From the NCBI GenBank assembly GCA_051294375.1, contig JBJCIZ010000639.1, positions 1 to 41,315 of the forward strand: DNA of 41,315 nt. Reading direction: 5' to 3'. Below the pieces are notes generated by a model. That model was not told where the DNA came from. It saw nothing but the letters and a program-made list of their open reading frames with translations, and did not search any database. This DNA is from Paraspadella gotoi. Taxonomy: Eukaryota > Animalia > Chaetognatha. The position numbers and the translations under genes were made by a program. Shown here piece after piece: positions 10,906 through 20,885 of the stretch. Position 1 is the first letter of the stretch. Each line of letters begins with the position of its first letter.

Positions 10906-12998
10906 GATATTTTGATCATAAGTGTAAGAAAAATATGAAAAAACTATTTATAATCATCATGATCATCATTTTTCGATAATTTTATTACTTTTTCCGAATT
11001 TTGACCAAGAAACATAAATATTTTTGAAAGTTGTAGTTAAATTTTTTATTTAACTTTTTATGCTCTATCAGAATCCATCAAAAAAAGTTAAGATTGATTA
11101 AAAAAATTGTTATCATTATATATTAATATTGTAATTTTAAAAGCAACAATAAAAGCATTAAAATCGAACTTTTTTTTAAAAATTCTTTTTTTACCTAAAG
11201 TAGACTTCATGACTAAAGTTTTGAACCCCCGCCCCTATTGAATTTAATTTCATAGTAGATTTCTAATAGAAAAAGCTATATTTTAAGCTGAAAATTCACT
11301 TTTTATATATTAAATATAGTTTTTTTTAATTTTTAACCCACTTAATGAAAGAATATTTAAAAATGATTTATATTTTTCTTCTATCAACTTTTTGACGAGG
11401 AATTCAAATCTGCAATCAAAATTAAGAAAAGCCTATTTTGAAGATTTTAGATTTTATAAGGATAGTACTATATATAAATAATAAATATAGCCTACTTCGA
11501 AAATTAAAAAACATAAACTTAATTTTTTTTTTAAATAAATGTTCACTGAAGGTATGTTGTTCATAATTAACTTTTAGAATTTTTGTATGTAACTTTCACT
11601 ACGCCTTACTGTGAAGCCGACCTAATTTTGTCGCGGCTCCAGCTCCGGCTCCAGCTCCAGGCCAAATTTTTTCCGGCTCCAGCTCCGGCTCCGGCTCCAA
11701 TATTCATAATATATTCTTTAAATTATATAATTTAAATTTTGATTATATTTAATATTTATTTTATATTAATCCCACCGCTGCCACCACAATTTAGTAACAA
11801 GGCAGGGATTTCTAAGCGAAATCAAAGTGGATTTTATTTCTTCAGAAAATAGACAGTGAACAAGACGGTGTCAATTTCCAGGCAGAGTGAATCAATACAG
11901 AATTTGGTTCCCTTTTATATGGCCCAAACGGATCAGAGGTAAGGGTAAAATTTCTCGACCATTTGTTCATTGGCCGATGCCATTTGTCTTTCGACCAATG
12001 AGAAAGTTCCATTATATTTCCATTTTATTACATAAATGTTCATTAATATTATCAACGAAATGGACCTATAAACGGACTATAATGTTGTTCATTCCTCACT
12101 TTTAGAATTTTAATTAAAGTTAAATTTAGAAATTTAACTACGCCTTAATATTCAGGGATAAATTTTACTTCATAAAAAATTGAAAGTATTTATAATAAAT
12201 TTAATAGATTAAAAATAAAGAATTATTATTATTTACTTAATCTTGTATGTAATAAATATATGATATTTACTTAATCTTGTATGTAATAAATATATGATAT
12301 TCTATAAATCATGTATATAATATTATATTTTTTAAAATATTTTTTATTTTAATAATTATAATCTTATTTTATTTTTATGAAGCTGGAGCTGGGCATTTTT
12401 ATTTCGGCTCCGGCTCCAGCTCCGGTCAAAAATTTATTTCGGCTCCGGCTCCAGCTCCAGCTCCGGCCAGATAAAAATTCTGGCTCCGGCTCCGGCAAAA
12501 AAAGCTCGGCTCCGGCGGCCCCAGCTCCGGCTCCGGCTCCACATCCCTGGAGCAAACAATATCGGAAATGCCCTCAGTAAGCAGCTGATCATGGCTATTA
12601 AAAGTGTGATATCATAAGGAGTTGAAAATGTAGATATGGCTTCTAATCATCATTTTCTTTGAAATTGTTATGCTTCATATCAATATTCGTATTTGTTTAT
12701 GTTTAATTTACAAAACAAAAACTTTTTAATTATATGTCGCTCTCTCTCCCTTTTAATTCTACATCGCTCTCTCTCTCTCTCTTTTTCTCCGTCACTGCTT
12801 CTTCTGATTTTTTTTTTCTTGATAAAGACGTTCTAAATTAGAATCTAATGGTAAAAAAAACAAAAACACTTGAACCTTCGGCGATTCATTAAGTATTTAT
12901 TTACTCTCTCTCTGGTAACGAGGTCTGTTCCATAGATTTTATCTTTTCATCAATTACTATTGCTCTATGGTGGACTAAAATCCACCAACCGTTCATCA

Positions 12999-13071
12999 GC
13001 AGCCATTGATGCCGGAGGCAAGTCATTCGCCTCCCAACCCAAAGGTCCGGGGTTCTAGCCCGGTGGTCGCC
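12999..13071 (+). promoter_or_regulatory. tRNA-derived (Gly-CCC-like) Pol III head in 5' LTR
   Basis: Acceptor-like stem GC(A/G)GCCA/TGGTCGC, A-box-like TG(A/G)TGCC(A/G)GAGG, loop CTCCCAA, T-arm CCGGG-GTTCTAG-CCCGG. The anticodon stem is broken, so this is not a functional tRNA. Confidence 0.75.
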
Positions 13072-13072
13072 T

Positions 13073-13148
13073 AGCAGTTAAGAGGGACGGGGCGCTTAAC
13101 CCACCTGTAACACGGAGTTACAGCCTGATCCGAAGCTCAGGGACTGCT
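13073..13148 (+). ncRNA. Twister ribozyme (P5-type) in 5' LTR of copy A
   Basis: AGCAGUU(P5) AA GAGG GA CGG GGCGCU U^AA CCC ACC UGUAAC..GUUACA G CCUGA UCCGAAGC UCAGG GACUGCU. T1 CCG/CGG is intact; L2 reads ACC instead of GCC, weakening T2. Predicted cut 13097/13098. Confidence 0.8.
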
Positions 13149-13199
13149 TACATTGAACCATTCTGTCACAACACATAATAATAATTACTGTCTCTTCAT

Positions 13200-13212
13200 T
13201 GGTGAGCTCGAC
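13200..13212 (+). promoter_or_regulatory. Primer-binding site, tRNA-Trp-like
   Basis: TGGTGAGCTCGAC resembles the complement of the metazoan tRNA-Trp 3' end (TGGTGACCCCGAC, recalled); copy B reads TGGTGAGCCCGAAC. Confidence 0.6.
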
Positions 13213-13372
13213 TTCCGAACACAACAGCAACAACAACACTTTCAGGCAACATGCCTCAACCTGGCGATGCACTTTCCGCCCACAACACATCAGGCGACAT
13301 GCCTCAACTTGGTGACGAACTTTCCACCAACAACAACAATTCACTGAAGAGATGCGACTGACTTCTCCCTAC

Positions 13373-13384
13373 GGGAGGGGGGGA
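13373..13384 (+). promoter_or_regulatory. Polypurine tract
   Basis: GGGAGGGGGGGA directly before the TG of the 3' LTR; conserved in copy B (36489-36500, -). Confidence 0.85.
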
Positions 13385-13419
13385 TGTATGGTGGACTAAA
13401 ATCCACCAACTGTTCATCA

Positions 13420-13492
13420 GCGGCCATTGGTGCCAGAGGCAAGTCATTCGCCTCCCAACCCAAAGGTCTGGGGTTCTAGCCCAGTGGTCGTC
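13420..13492 (+). promoter_or_regulatory. tRNA-derived Pol III head in 3' LTR
   Basis: GCGGCCA...TGGTCGT acceptor-like stem, TGGTGCCAGAGG A-box-like, T-arm CTGGG-GTTCTAG-CCCAG. Confidence 0.75.
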
Positions 13493-13493
13493 T

Positions 13494-13569
13494 GGCAGTT
13501 AAGAGGGACGGGGCGCTTAACCCGCCTGTAACATGGTGTTACAGCCTGATCCAAAGCTCAGGGACTGCT
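13494..13569 (+). ncRNA. Twister ribozyme (P5-type) in 3' LTR of copy A
   Basis: Same fold; L2 GCC intact, 7-bp P3 UGUAACA/UGUUACA, L4 UCCAAAGC (one T1 mismatch). Predicted cut 13518/13519. Confidence 0.8.
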
Positions 13570-13863
13570 TACATTGAACGGTTCTGTCATTAACACAACA
13601 ATAATTACTGTCTCTTCAAAAGTAAATTTTATTTTTTCATGTCAATGAGCAAAGCGTTCGAACGATTCTCCAATTAAAAATTCTTCTGGAAACTTAAATT
13701 CTTAAAGTTGTTAAGCATTTCTTTATTGTATAGATGGCGCATGCGCTAGCATCGTTGTTTATGAAAAAAGAATGATGTTGATTCAAATCCTGGCGACCCC
13801 TTTTTTTTACATTTAGTTGCAATGACCCAAAAGTACCAATAGAGCATTGACTTACCAAAAGGA

Positions 13864-16441
13864 GATTATCGATAATAATTTAAAACATTTCAAAAAAATA
13901 TAAAGCTAGCATTTTTACTGTTGGGACAGGCTAACTATACCAATATGGGGGTAGGGAATCTGATGGTAAGGTCAAAAACCGTCGCAAACCTCGATATCGC
14001 TTGACTACCAGGCCCTGAATGAGCATTTTTAGATTTTTTTAGAATTTCCAATAATTTTTGTAGTTTATTATTATCCAACTGAAATAAACAATAATTAATT
14101 AGTTTTTTATTCTTTTTTACCCATTTTTAGCCCTGAAACGAGCATAATACCGCAAAAATATTTTTTTTAAAATTATGCTAAAAATTTTATTCTGATTTTT
14201 TTTGTAATCACTAATTTTAAATTTGCAAACATTTAATTCAGAATAAGTAAAAGTCTTTGGTTTGTTTTGGCAATGGTAAAGTTTTATTTATCTTCATAGT
14301 AAACTATGGACATGTTTCGACAAAGTCATATCTTCATCAGCGTAAATTACAAATTTTTGGAGACATGGTTTGAGAAGAAAAGAAAGAGGAGAGAGAGTGA
14401 GAGAGATGGAATGGTTTCCTTTTCAAACCATGTCTCCCAAAACTTTTAATTTGCACTGATGAAAACTCTAGTAATTTACCAAGACCTTATTATCACAGTA
14501 TTATTTTTTAATTATATTAAAAAAAAGAAATTTATAATATTAAAGTAAAATAGATGAATACGATTTCAAAGCTTCAGAATTGAGTATTCAATTATTCATA
14601 TCAGAGAAAGATAGGGATTAATCGCGGGAGAGAGAGAGAGAGCGAGAGAGAAAGAAATAAAGAAAGCAAAAAACAGCCACACTGAAACGGATGAAATAAA
14701 AGGTAAGTATGGGTTTTTGATTGAAAGAATATCCAAATTCATCTCCCTTTTATTCCCATATTTCACCCCCAAAGTTTAAAATTTTTTTTAAATTTCCTTG
14801 AGAGAACGTGTTTCTTAGCTCGGCTAATTAGTATTTGGGTTTAGTGACTAGTTATGTATTAAATTTTATTTTGTTCATAAAAAATTCTATATACATAGCT
14901 TACTCTTATAGATATAAAGATTATATTGTAATAATCCTTTCTTTTTTGTTGCGGTAGTTGTTAAAAAATAGTGAAAATTAGAGGTTCAATAAAATTAAAA
15001 ATAGAAACAAATTGTTGTTGAACCTCAAATTTTCTCTAATAATTAAATTAAATTTCTTAAAAGCTTTTAAGAAAAAACCTTAGTTCATAAAACAGTTTAC
15101 GTTTACACTTCAAAAATATATTATTAACTAATTTAACAGGCATCTTTTTTCAAGATTTTCAGTATTTGTTTATTATTATTAAAAATAGTTGAAGCTTGCT
15201 CTTAAATGACGAAAGATTTGTGGCCGTCCCCCTTTTAAAATACAAAATAAGCTAAGATTTAAAAACACTTAAATGCGCAGATAGCCAGGGCACCAAATGC
15301 AAATTAACTTGCATGTAACGCTGATGATGAAATCAATCACAAAAGATGGCCTCAAGAAGTTTATTGATCCTCAGATTCCTGGAAAGGATCTTTTTCAAGA
15401 CAAAAGTGATGAAAAAAAGATAAGAGGATTAAATTTAATAACAAAATATTAATAGGTCAAGAGAGAAAATAAAAAAGATGAAAGTTTTTCATTTTAAATT
15501 AGAAGTCAAAGATTTGCTTCTGTAAACTTATTTCAGAGACAGGTTCTAGTTGGTTGGCGACTTTGCCATGGCGATATCGCTAGGGCCCTGGCGTTGTCGC
15601 CAGTACCCCCACTAGCGACCTTGCCAGTGATAAAAGTAGTGAGTTAGAGGAGAGGCTCGTGGCTGATGTTGAGACACGTGGATGAACGCATCACCCACGG
15701 GCTCTTCCCCCAACCCTAACCCTAAACCAGGCCTTCTGTTCAACTCCATGCCTCTCCCCCAACCCTCCCGTTCAACTCCCATTCAACCCTAACCCTAACT
15801 GCCTTTGACACGTCAACCACGGGCCAAACATTCATATTTTTTATTTTTTTTTATATTTTGACCTTTGCATTGTGTTAATAAACCAAAATTATTTTTTATA
15901 GTCTTTTTAAAATAAAAAACCGATTGGATTGTTTTCAGTAATCATTTACTTGAAAAATAATAATAAATAAAATAATAAATATAAAATTTAAAAAGTTTTA
16001 ACTTATTTTAAATGAAAGCAAATAGTTTTATATTAAATATATTTTTATACATTTTTATTTAATTTTGATTGAACTTCAACTTTAAAGTGGTTGATAAAGT
16101 CAAAACAGGGAAAAATGCTCCTATTGGGCCCTGTTTTTTAAAACTGTTACTTCAAATTATGATAAATATTAAAGTTTATATAATAAAAAGTGTAATTTAC
16201 TTTTTCTTTAGTTTAAAAAAGTAATTTAAATAGATTAATGATATTAAATGTTTTAAAATGTAGGAAAAATTGGAAAATGCTCGTTCAGGGCCCGGTAGTC
16301 AAGCGATTTCGACTAAACTGAGCAATTTCGACCTCACCATCAAATTTCCCATCCCAAAATTGGTCTAATAAGCCTGTCCCCAACCATTAAAAATATAATT
16401 TTGAGTTTTTTTGAAAGGTTTTGAATTTAATATCGATAATC
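13864..16441. mobile_element. Putative non-autonomous TIR element with ~170-bp diverged inverted repeats
   Basis: 13864-14030 is inverted against 16272-16441 (e.g. ATCGCTTGACTACCAGGCCCTGAATGAGCATTTT vs AAAATGCTCGTTCAGGGCCCGGTAGTCAAGCGAT). No TSD seen. Confidence 0.6.
14305..14344 (-). ncRNA. Minimal type I hammerhead ribozyme in a Penelope-like inverted remnant (~14260-14465)
   Basis: UACG CUGAUGA A GAUA ugacuu UGUC GAAA CAUG UC CAUA: intact core, 4-bp stem II unrelated in sequence to the other copies, one stem I mismatch. A truncated inverted partner ends CTGATGAA at ~14463. Confidence 0.75.
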
Positions 16442-16874
16442 ATGAGTATTTTTCAAAAAAATTCCCTTTAAAACCGTAGTTATAAGAAAGTCTCAGAATT
16501 AAAATTAAAATTATTTTTTAGGGTTTACTGAATAAAAATTCGAGAGTTTTTGTTTTTATTATCATTTTAACAACTTATTTGGAAGGCCACCAGTCAAGTT
16601 ATATAATTCTTGTAATTTGAGTTTTAGTTTTGGACTGTGAAACAAGTTTGAGCAAACAATGTCAGATCTGCCTACGATAATGAATTAATTAATTAATCGA
16701 TTAATTAATTAATTAATTTTAATATGTAATAATTAATTTTAAATTTATATTCAACTTATCATCATCGATGTCCTTAAAATTGGGTTAGGACAGTTATTAA
16801 ATATGTTTTGTTTACATTTTATCAAAACAAACAAATATCCTTTATTTTATTTTATGTCTCCTTTCTCTCTCACT

Positions 16875-16917
<43 letters not shown>

Positions 16918-17099
16918 ATGCAATTGCGACGATCTTTATGCTTTTAAGATTTTTTTAACTTGCATCATTTTTTTTACATTAATTAATTAAAACATTTATT
17001 AGTAATCATTAATATTAAGATTCAAGTAAATGTGACTTATGTTTTTTCCATCTAAACTCAATTCCACTGGCACAATTCCGTCAAAACTTTATATAATTA

Positions 17100-17808
17100 T
17101 TATATATTAATAAATATTTAAAAGCTTCAGTGCAAAACCCAATGAACTAAATCAAAAAGTTACATTGAAAATCGATTTAGTAGTAAAAGGAAAAAAATTT
17201 TTAAAGAGAACTAGAAGTTATAAAAAGTGTTCAATTTTTGGCCTGCACCTTACTAGATATTAGGCCGGAACAGGTTTGAAACTAGAAGTTCTCTCAAATG
17301 GTTAATGGTTAAGCGACTATTAAATAATATGAAAATGAAAATTAATTTTTAAAATTTTTGCCTTATCAATTTTTTTATATATTCTGATAAGAGCTTTAAA
17401 AGTTAGATAAAGGTTAATTAATACAAACTTTTTTTTGTTTTATTAATGAAAAATTTAAAAAAAAATAAAATTTCAGCCAAATAATGATGATGATGATAAT
17501 TTTTTAAGGTTTTTTCTATTTTTAACCAATTTTATTGTCAAAAATTTGAAAAAATTATAGTACTAACTTTCTTTAACTTTTTAAGCTCTACAAGAACCCA
17601 TTCTAAAAAATCAAATTTTTAAAATTTTTTTTGTCATTTGTTATATATTAATAAATATTTAAAAGCTTCAAGTGCAACAACCCAATGAACTAATTCAAAA
17701 AAGTTACATTGAAAATCGATTTAGTAGTAGAAGGAAAATACATTTTTTTTGAGAGAACTAGAAAGTTATAAAAAATGTTCAATTTTGGCCCGCCTTACTA
17801 GATATATT
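17100..17808. repeat. ~165-bp direct repeat (17100-17261 and 17641-17808)
   Basis: Two close copies about 541 bp apart. Confidence 0.8.
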
Positions 17809-19247
17809 GCAATGAGATTAAACAATGTTATCGGAAATAATAATTTATCAATTTTATTATTTTGTAAGTATTTTAATTATTTTTATTCAGTGAGTAAAAT
17901 AACTTTTTAAGTAAATTTTCGCGTTAGTTTTTTTTTGTTTTTTTTTGTTTTTTTTTTTTTTGTTTAATTTTTTTTATTTTAATTTTTTTTTTTTGAATTT
18001 TATTTTTTTGGGACTCTCTCGTTATCTTCCTCTCTCTCTCAGAGTCTCTCTCTCTGGCTCTCCGGTCTCTCCTCTCTCTCTCCTCGTTTGGCATTGAACG
18101 AAATAGCATCCCTTATGCGCTTCATTCGTTTTTTCTTCCTTGGCTCCTCCCTCTCCTCTTCTCTCCTCTTTTTGTTGCGGAGGATGGAAAAATTGCCTAT
18201 GGCCTATTTTTCATCCTAGAGCGTCGTTTTTTCTCTGCTTTGGCTCCCGCTGTTTCCTCATCAGTCACCTCTCTCTTCGTCTCCTCCCCCCGGCGTCTCG
18301 TCTCTTCCTCCTCTCTGGTCTCTTCGCTCTCTCATAAATAATAGATTGAAGTAATGTAACTTATGAAAATTGGTACTATACATATAAATTTAATGTCCAT
18401 GTCAATTTAATAGATAAGGCTAGTCGTTGCCCCTGACTTTTGGACTGTTGGTTGTTTTTTGCCATATTAAACTCCATGTTCACGCAACTGGCACGATTCG
18501 TCAAAAACTTTATATTTATTTTTTAGTTGTATGATGTCTTTTTTTTCTAAGCTTCTTTCCACACTTTCCTACCCGCTCAACAAATTTCATCTCCAATCTA
18601 TTATGGTGGTTAAAATAAGTAAAAAGATTCAAGTAATGTGGACTCATAATTTTTTTTTTTTTTTCATTTAAGCGTCAATTTCCCCTACTCGTACGTATTC
18701 CCCACCGAAACTTTTTATCAGCATCGTTACACATTTTTCTACTCACACAAAAAATTTGAACTCAACCTATCCATCCAATTATGATTAATTAGAGTATTTA
18801 TTGGTTAAAATAAGTAAAAATATTTTAGTAGATGCGACTTATGTTTTTTCCTCTTAAACTCACACGATTCCATCGAAACTTTATATCCAGCTTTATCACA
18901 CACTTTCCTACCCACACACAAAATTTCTTTCCAATCCAACCAGCCAATCACAAGTTATTGGAGCTTTTTGCTAAGGTGGGACGGATGGACGGATTGATTG
19001 ACTGATTAATTAATTGACTAATTGATTAATTAACTGATTAATTATTTGATTTATGAATACATCCTGCATTTACATTTAATATAAAAATAAAAAAGCATAA
19101 TTAATTAGTGAAACAGGTTTTTTGTTTTTTTTCCATTTAAACTCATTTCCACTCAAAAAAATTCCATCGAAACTTGTGTTTCCTGTTCGCATACATACTT
19201 TTCTAATGTACAAAATATGCGGTAACGATAATTAAGGTGTAATAAGC

Positions 19248-19692
19248 TAACTTGTCAACTTGCTATTTAATCAACTTGCATAATTTGGTCAACTGACATA
19301 ATTTGGTTAACTGACATAATTTGGTCTACTGACATAATTTTGGTCTACTGACATAATTTTTGTCAACTGGACATAATTTGTCAACTGACATACTTTGATC
19401 AATTAAGATAATTTGGATCAACCGGCATAATTGGTCAACTGGCATAATTTTTATCAACTGGCCTAAATTTGGTCAACTAGCCATAATTTTGGTCAACTGG
19501 CATAATTTGGTCACTGGCATGATTTGGTCAACTGGCATGATTTGGTCAACAGGCATAATTTGGTCAACAGTGCAACATATGCGTCAATCAGAACTTGATC
19601 AAACTTGCAGATTTGATACTGGCATATTTGGTCAACTTTAAGAATTTAAGTCAACTGGCATATATATTTTGTCAATTGGCATAATTTGGATA
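19248..19692. repeat. 18-bp tandem array (TTTGGTCAACTGGCATAA)
   Basis: More than 20 copies interrupting the HINE; absent from the other HINE copies in the window. Confidence 0.9.
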
Positions 19693-20885
19693 TCAATCAT
19701 CAGTCAGAGAGAGATAGAGAGAAAAGAAAACTTTAAAAATAATCAAAATAATGTGTCTTTGGTTTTTAATTTGAACTCTTTTTCACTCCTACGATTCATA
19801 TAATTATATAGCGCTTTATCACATACTTCTACCCACCACAAAATTCATTTCGTTTATCTATCCAATTTTTAATAAACATAATAATTATGAGTAAATTTAA
19901 GTAAAAATACTTCAAGTAAATAATGACTTTTGTTTTTTTTCCATTTTAACTCATTTCACTCGCACGATTCCATCGAACTTTATTTTATCCAGCTCAATCA
20001 CACACTTCCCTACCCTCATACAAAATCTCAAGTCAATTGACCTATCCACTCATGAGCAATTGGCGTTCAAATAGTGAAATATATTTTTTTGTTTTTTCCA
20101 TTTAAACCACTTTCCACTCGCACGATTCCCTCGAAACTTCGTATCCATATCAATCACACAGTTTCCTACCCACACACAAAATTTCATACCAATCCATCCA
20201 TCCAATCACGAGTAATTGGAGTTTTTTGCTAAGGTGGGACGGACGGACGGACGGACGGACGGACGGGCGGACGGACGGCCGGACGGACGGACGGACGGAC
20301 GGACAGAAAGACGGACATCGTTATTTTGCATAATTTATCATAATTCGATGTTCTGACATGATATAAGTGTGTGCCCGACAATATTGAGGGGGCGGACCGA
20401 CGGACCGACGGACCGACAAAGTGAGTTATAGAGTCGGGATCTGCTGAAAAGCAGATCCGACTAAAAATCTTATATAACCGTGCTGTATCACTGAAACTTT
20501 GAAAAAAATATTGAAAATACTTTAGTTATCTAGAACATAATATAATATAAAATAATATAAAATTTAAATACCTTAATGTAAGATAACCTAATATAATATA
20601 TATGTGAGTTAGGTAAAACCTGACAGATAAATAGATAGAAACTTCAAAACTTGGGTTTACTTACAAGTGAGTTGTCGAACAGATGTGTGTGTGCGTGCCC
20701 ACTCGGCTGCGTTTATTAACTCGACTCTCTCGATTTTTAGGTAAATTCGCTAAAATTTAACCCGACACTCAAATATTTGTGTTGCTGATTTTAATTACGC
20801 TTAAAATACCTTTATAATAGCTTTAGTTTACCATTTAAATACAATTATTTTTATAAACTTCTTTGTTCGCACAAAAAACAAAAAA

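Larger units (their letters stand above)
9433..11608. mobile_element. Long-TIR element (TAAGGCGTAG termini) nested in the left end of the hAT MITE
   Basis: ~290-bp imperfect TIRs (9433-9720 vs 11325-11608); degenerate 8-bp TSD ATGTGGAG/CTGTGAAG (6/8). A further solo end lies at ~12078-12148. Confidence 0.75.
9420..12549. mobile_element. Non-autonomous hAT element with (GGCTCC)n subterminal repeats and nested insertions
   Basis: 13-bp TIR CAGGGATGTGGAG/CTCCACATCCCTG; perfect 8-bp TSD GAGCAAAC (9412-9419, 12550-12557); GGCTCC/AGCTCC arrays at 11635-11698 and 12405-12540. Inserted into a HINE end fragment. Confidence 0.9.
12964..13618 (+). mobile_element. Non-coding miniature LTR retrotransposon (TRIM/retrozyme-like) with tRNA head and twister in each LTR, copy A
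   Basis: Direct repeats 12964-13198 and 13385-13618 (3' LTR is TGTATGG...TCTTCA); PBS-like TGGTGAGCTCGAC 1 nt after the 5' LTR; polypurine tract abutting the 3' LTR; 186-bp internal region with a ~48-bp duplication. No TSD recognised, and the 5' LTR starts TC rather than TG. Confidence 0.88.
16643..20462 (-). mobile_element. DINE-1/HINE-like (Helentron-associated) element, expanded by insertions
   Basis: subTIR GTCGGATCTGC with partner hairpin at 20432-20462, (GGAC)n at 20237-20305, internal ~120-160-bp tandem repeats, other subTIR and GTTTG-AG-CAAAC stem-loop at 16643-16671, A/T-run flanks. Confidence 0.75.

Noticed and set aside
12364-12580. Pro/Ala- and Gly/Ala-rich ORFs
   Set aside because: Products of the (GGCTCC)n subterminal repeat of the hAT MITE.
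12999-13071. Functional tRNA-Gly gene (also 13420-13492, the copy B heads and 967-1027)
   Set aside because: Anticodon stem does not pair, the T-loop is atypical and there is no downstream terminator; the sequence is embedded in LTRs, so it is treated as a tRNA-derived promoter.
13096-13347. Short ORFs in the LTR element (also 36407-36724)
   Set aside because: Reading frames are not preserved between copies A and B, and there is no gag/pol similarity.
12956-13626. Target-site duplication for the twister LTR copies
   Set aside because: Flanks do not match (copy A TTGC or GCTC vs AAAG; copy B TGTG vs TTGG), so none is claimed.
15321-15335. Hammerhead-like CTGATGA (also CTGAAGA at 820-826 and 13344-13350)
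   Set aside because: No stem II followed by GAAAC at the required spacing.
19248-19692. CRISPR-like array (also 1-245 and 2150-2400)
   Set aside because: Units are contiguous with no unique spacers, there are no cas genes, and the context is eukaryotic.
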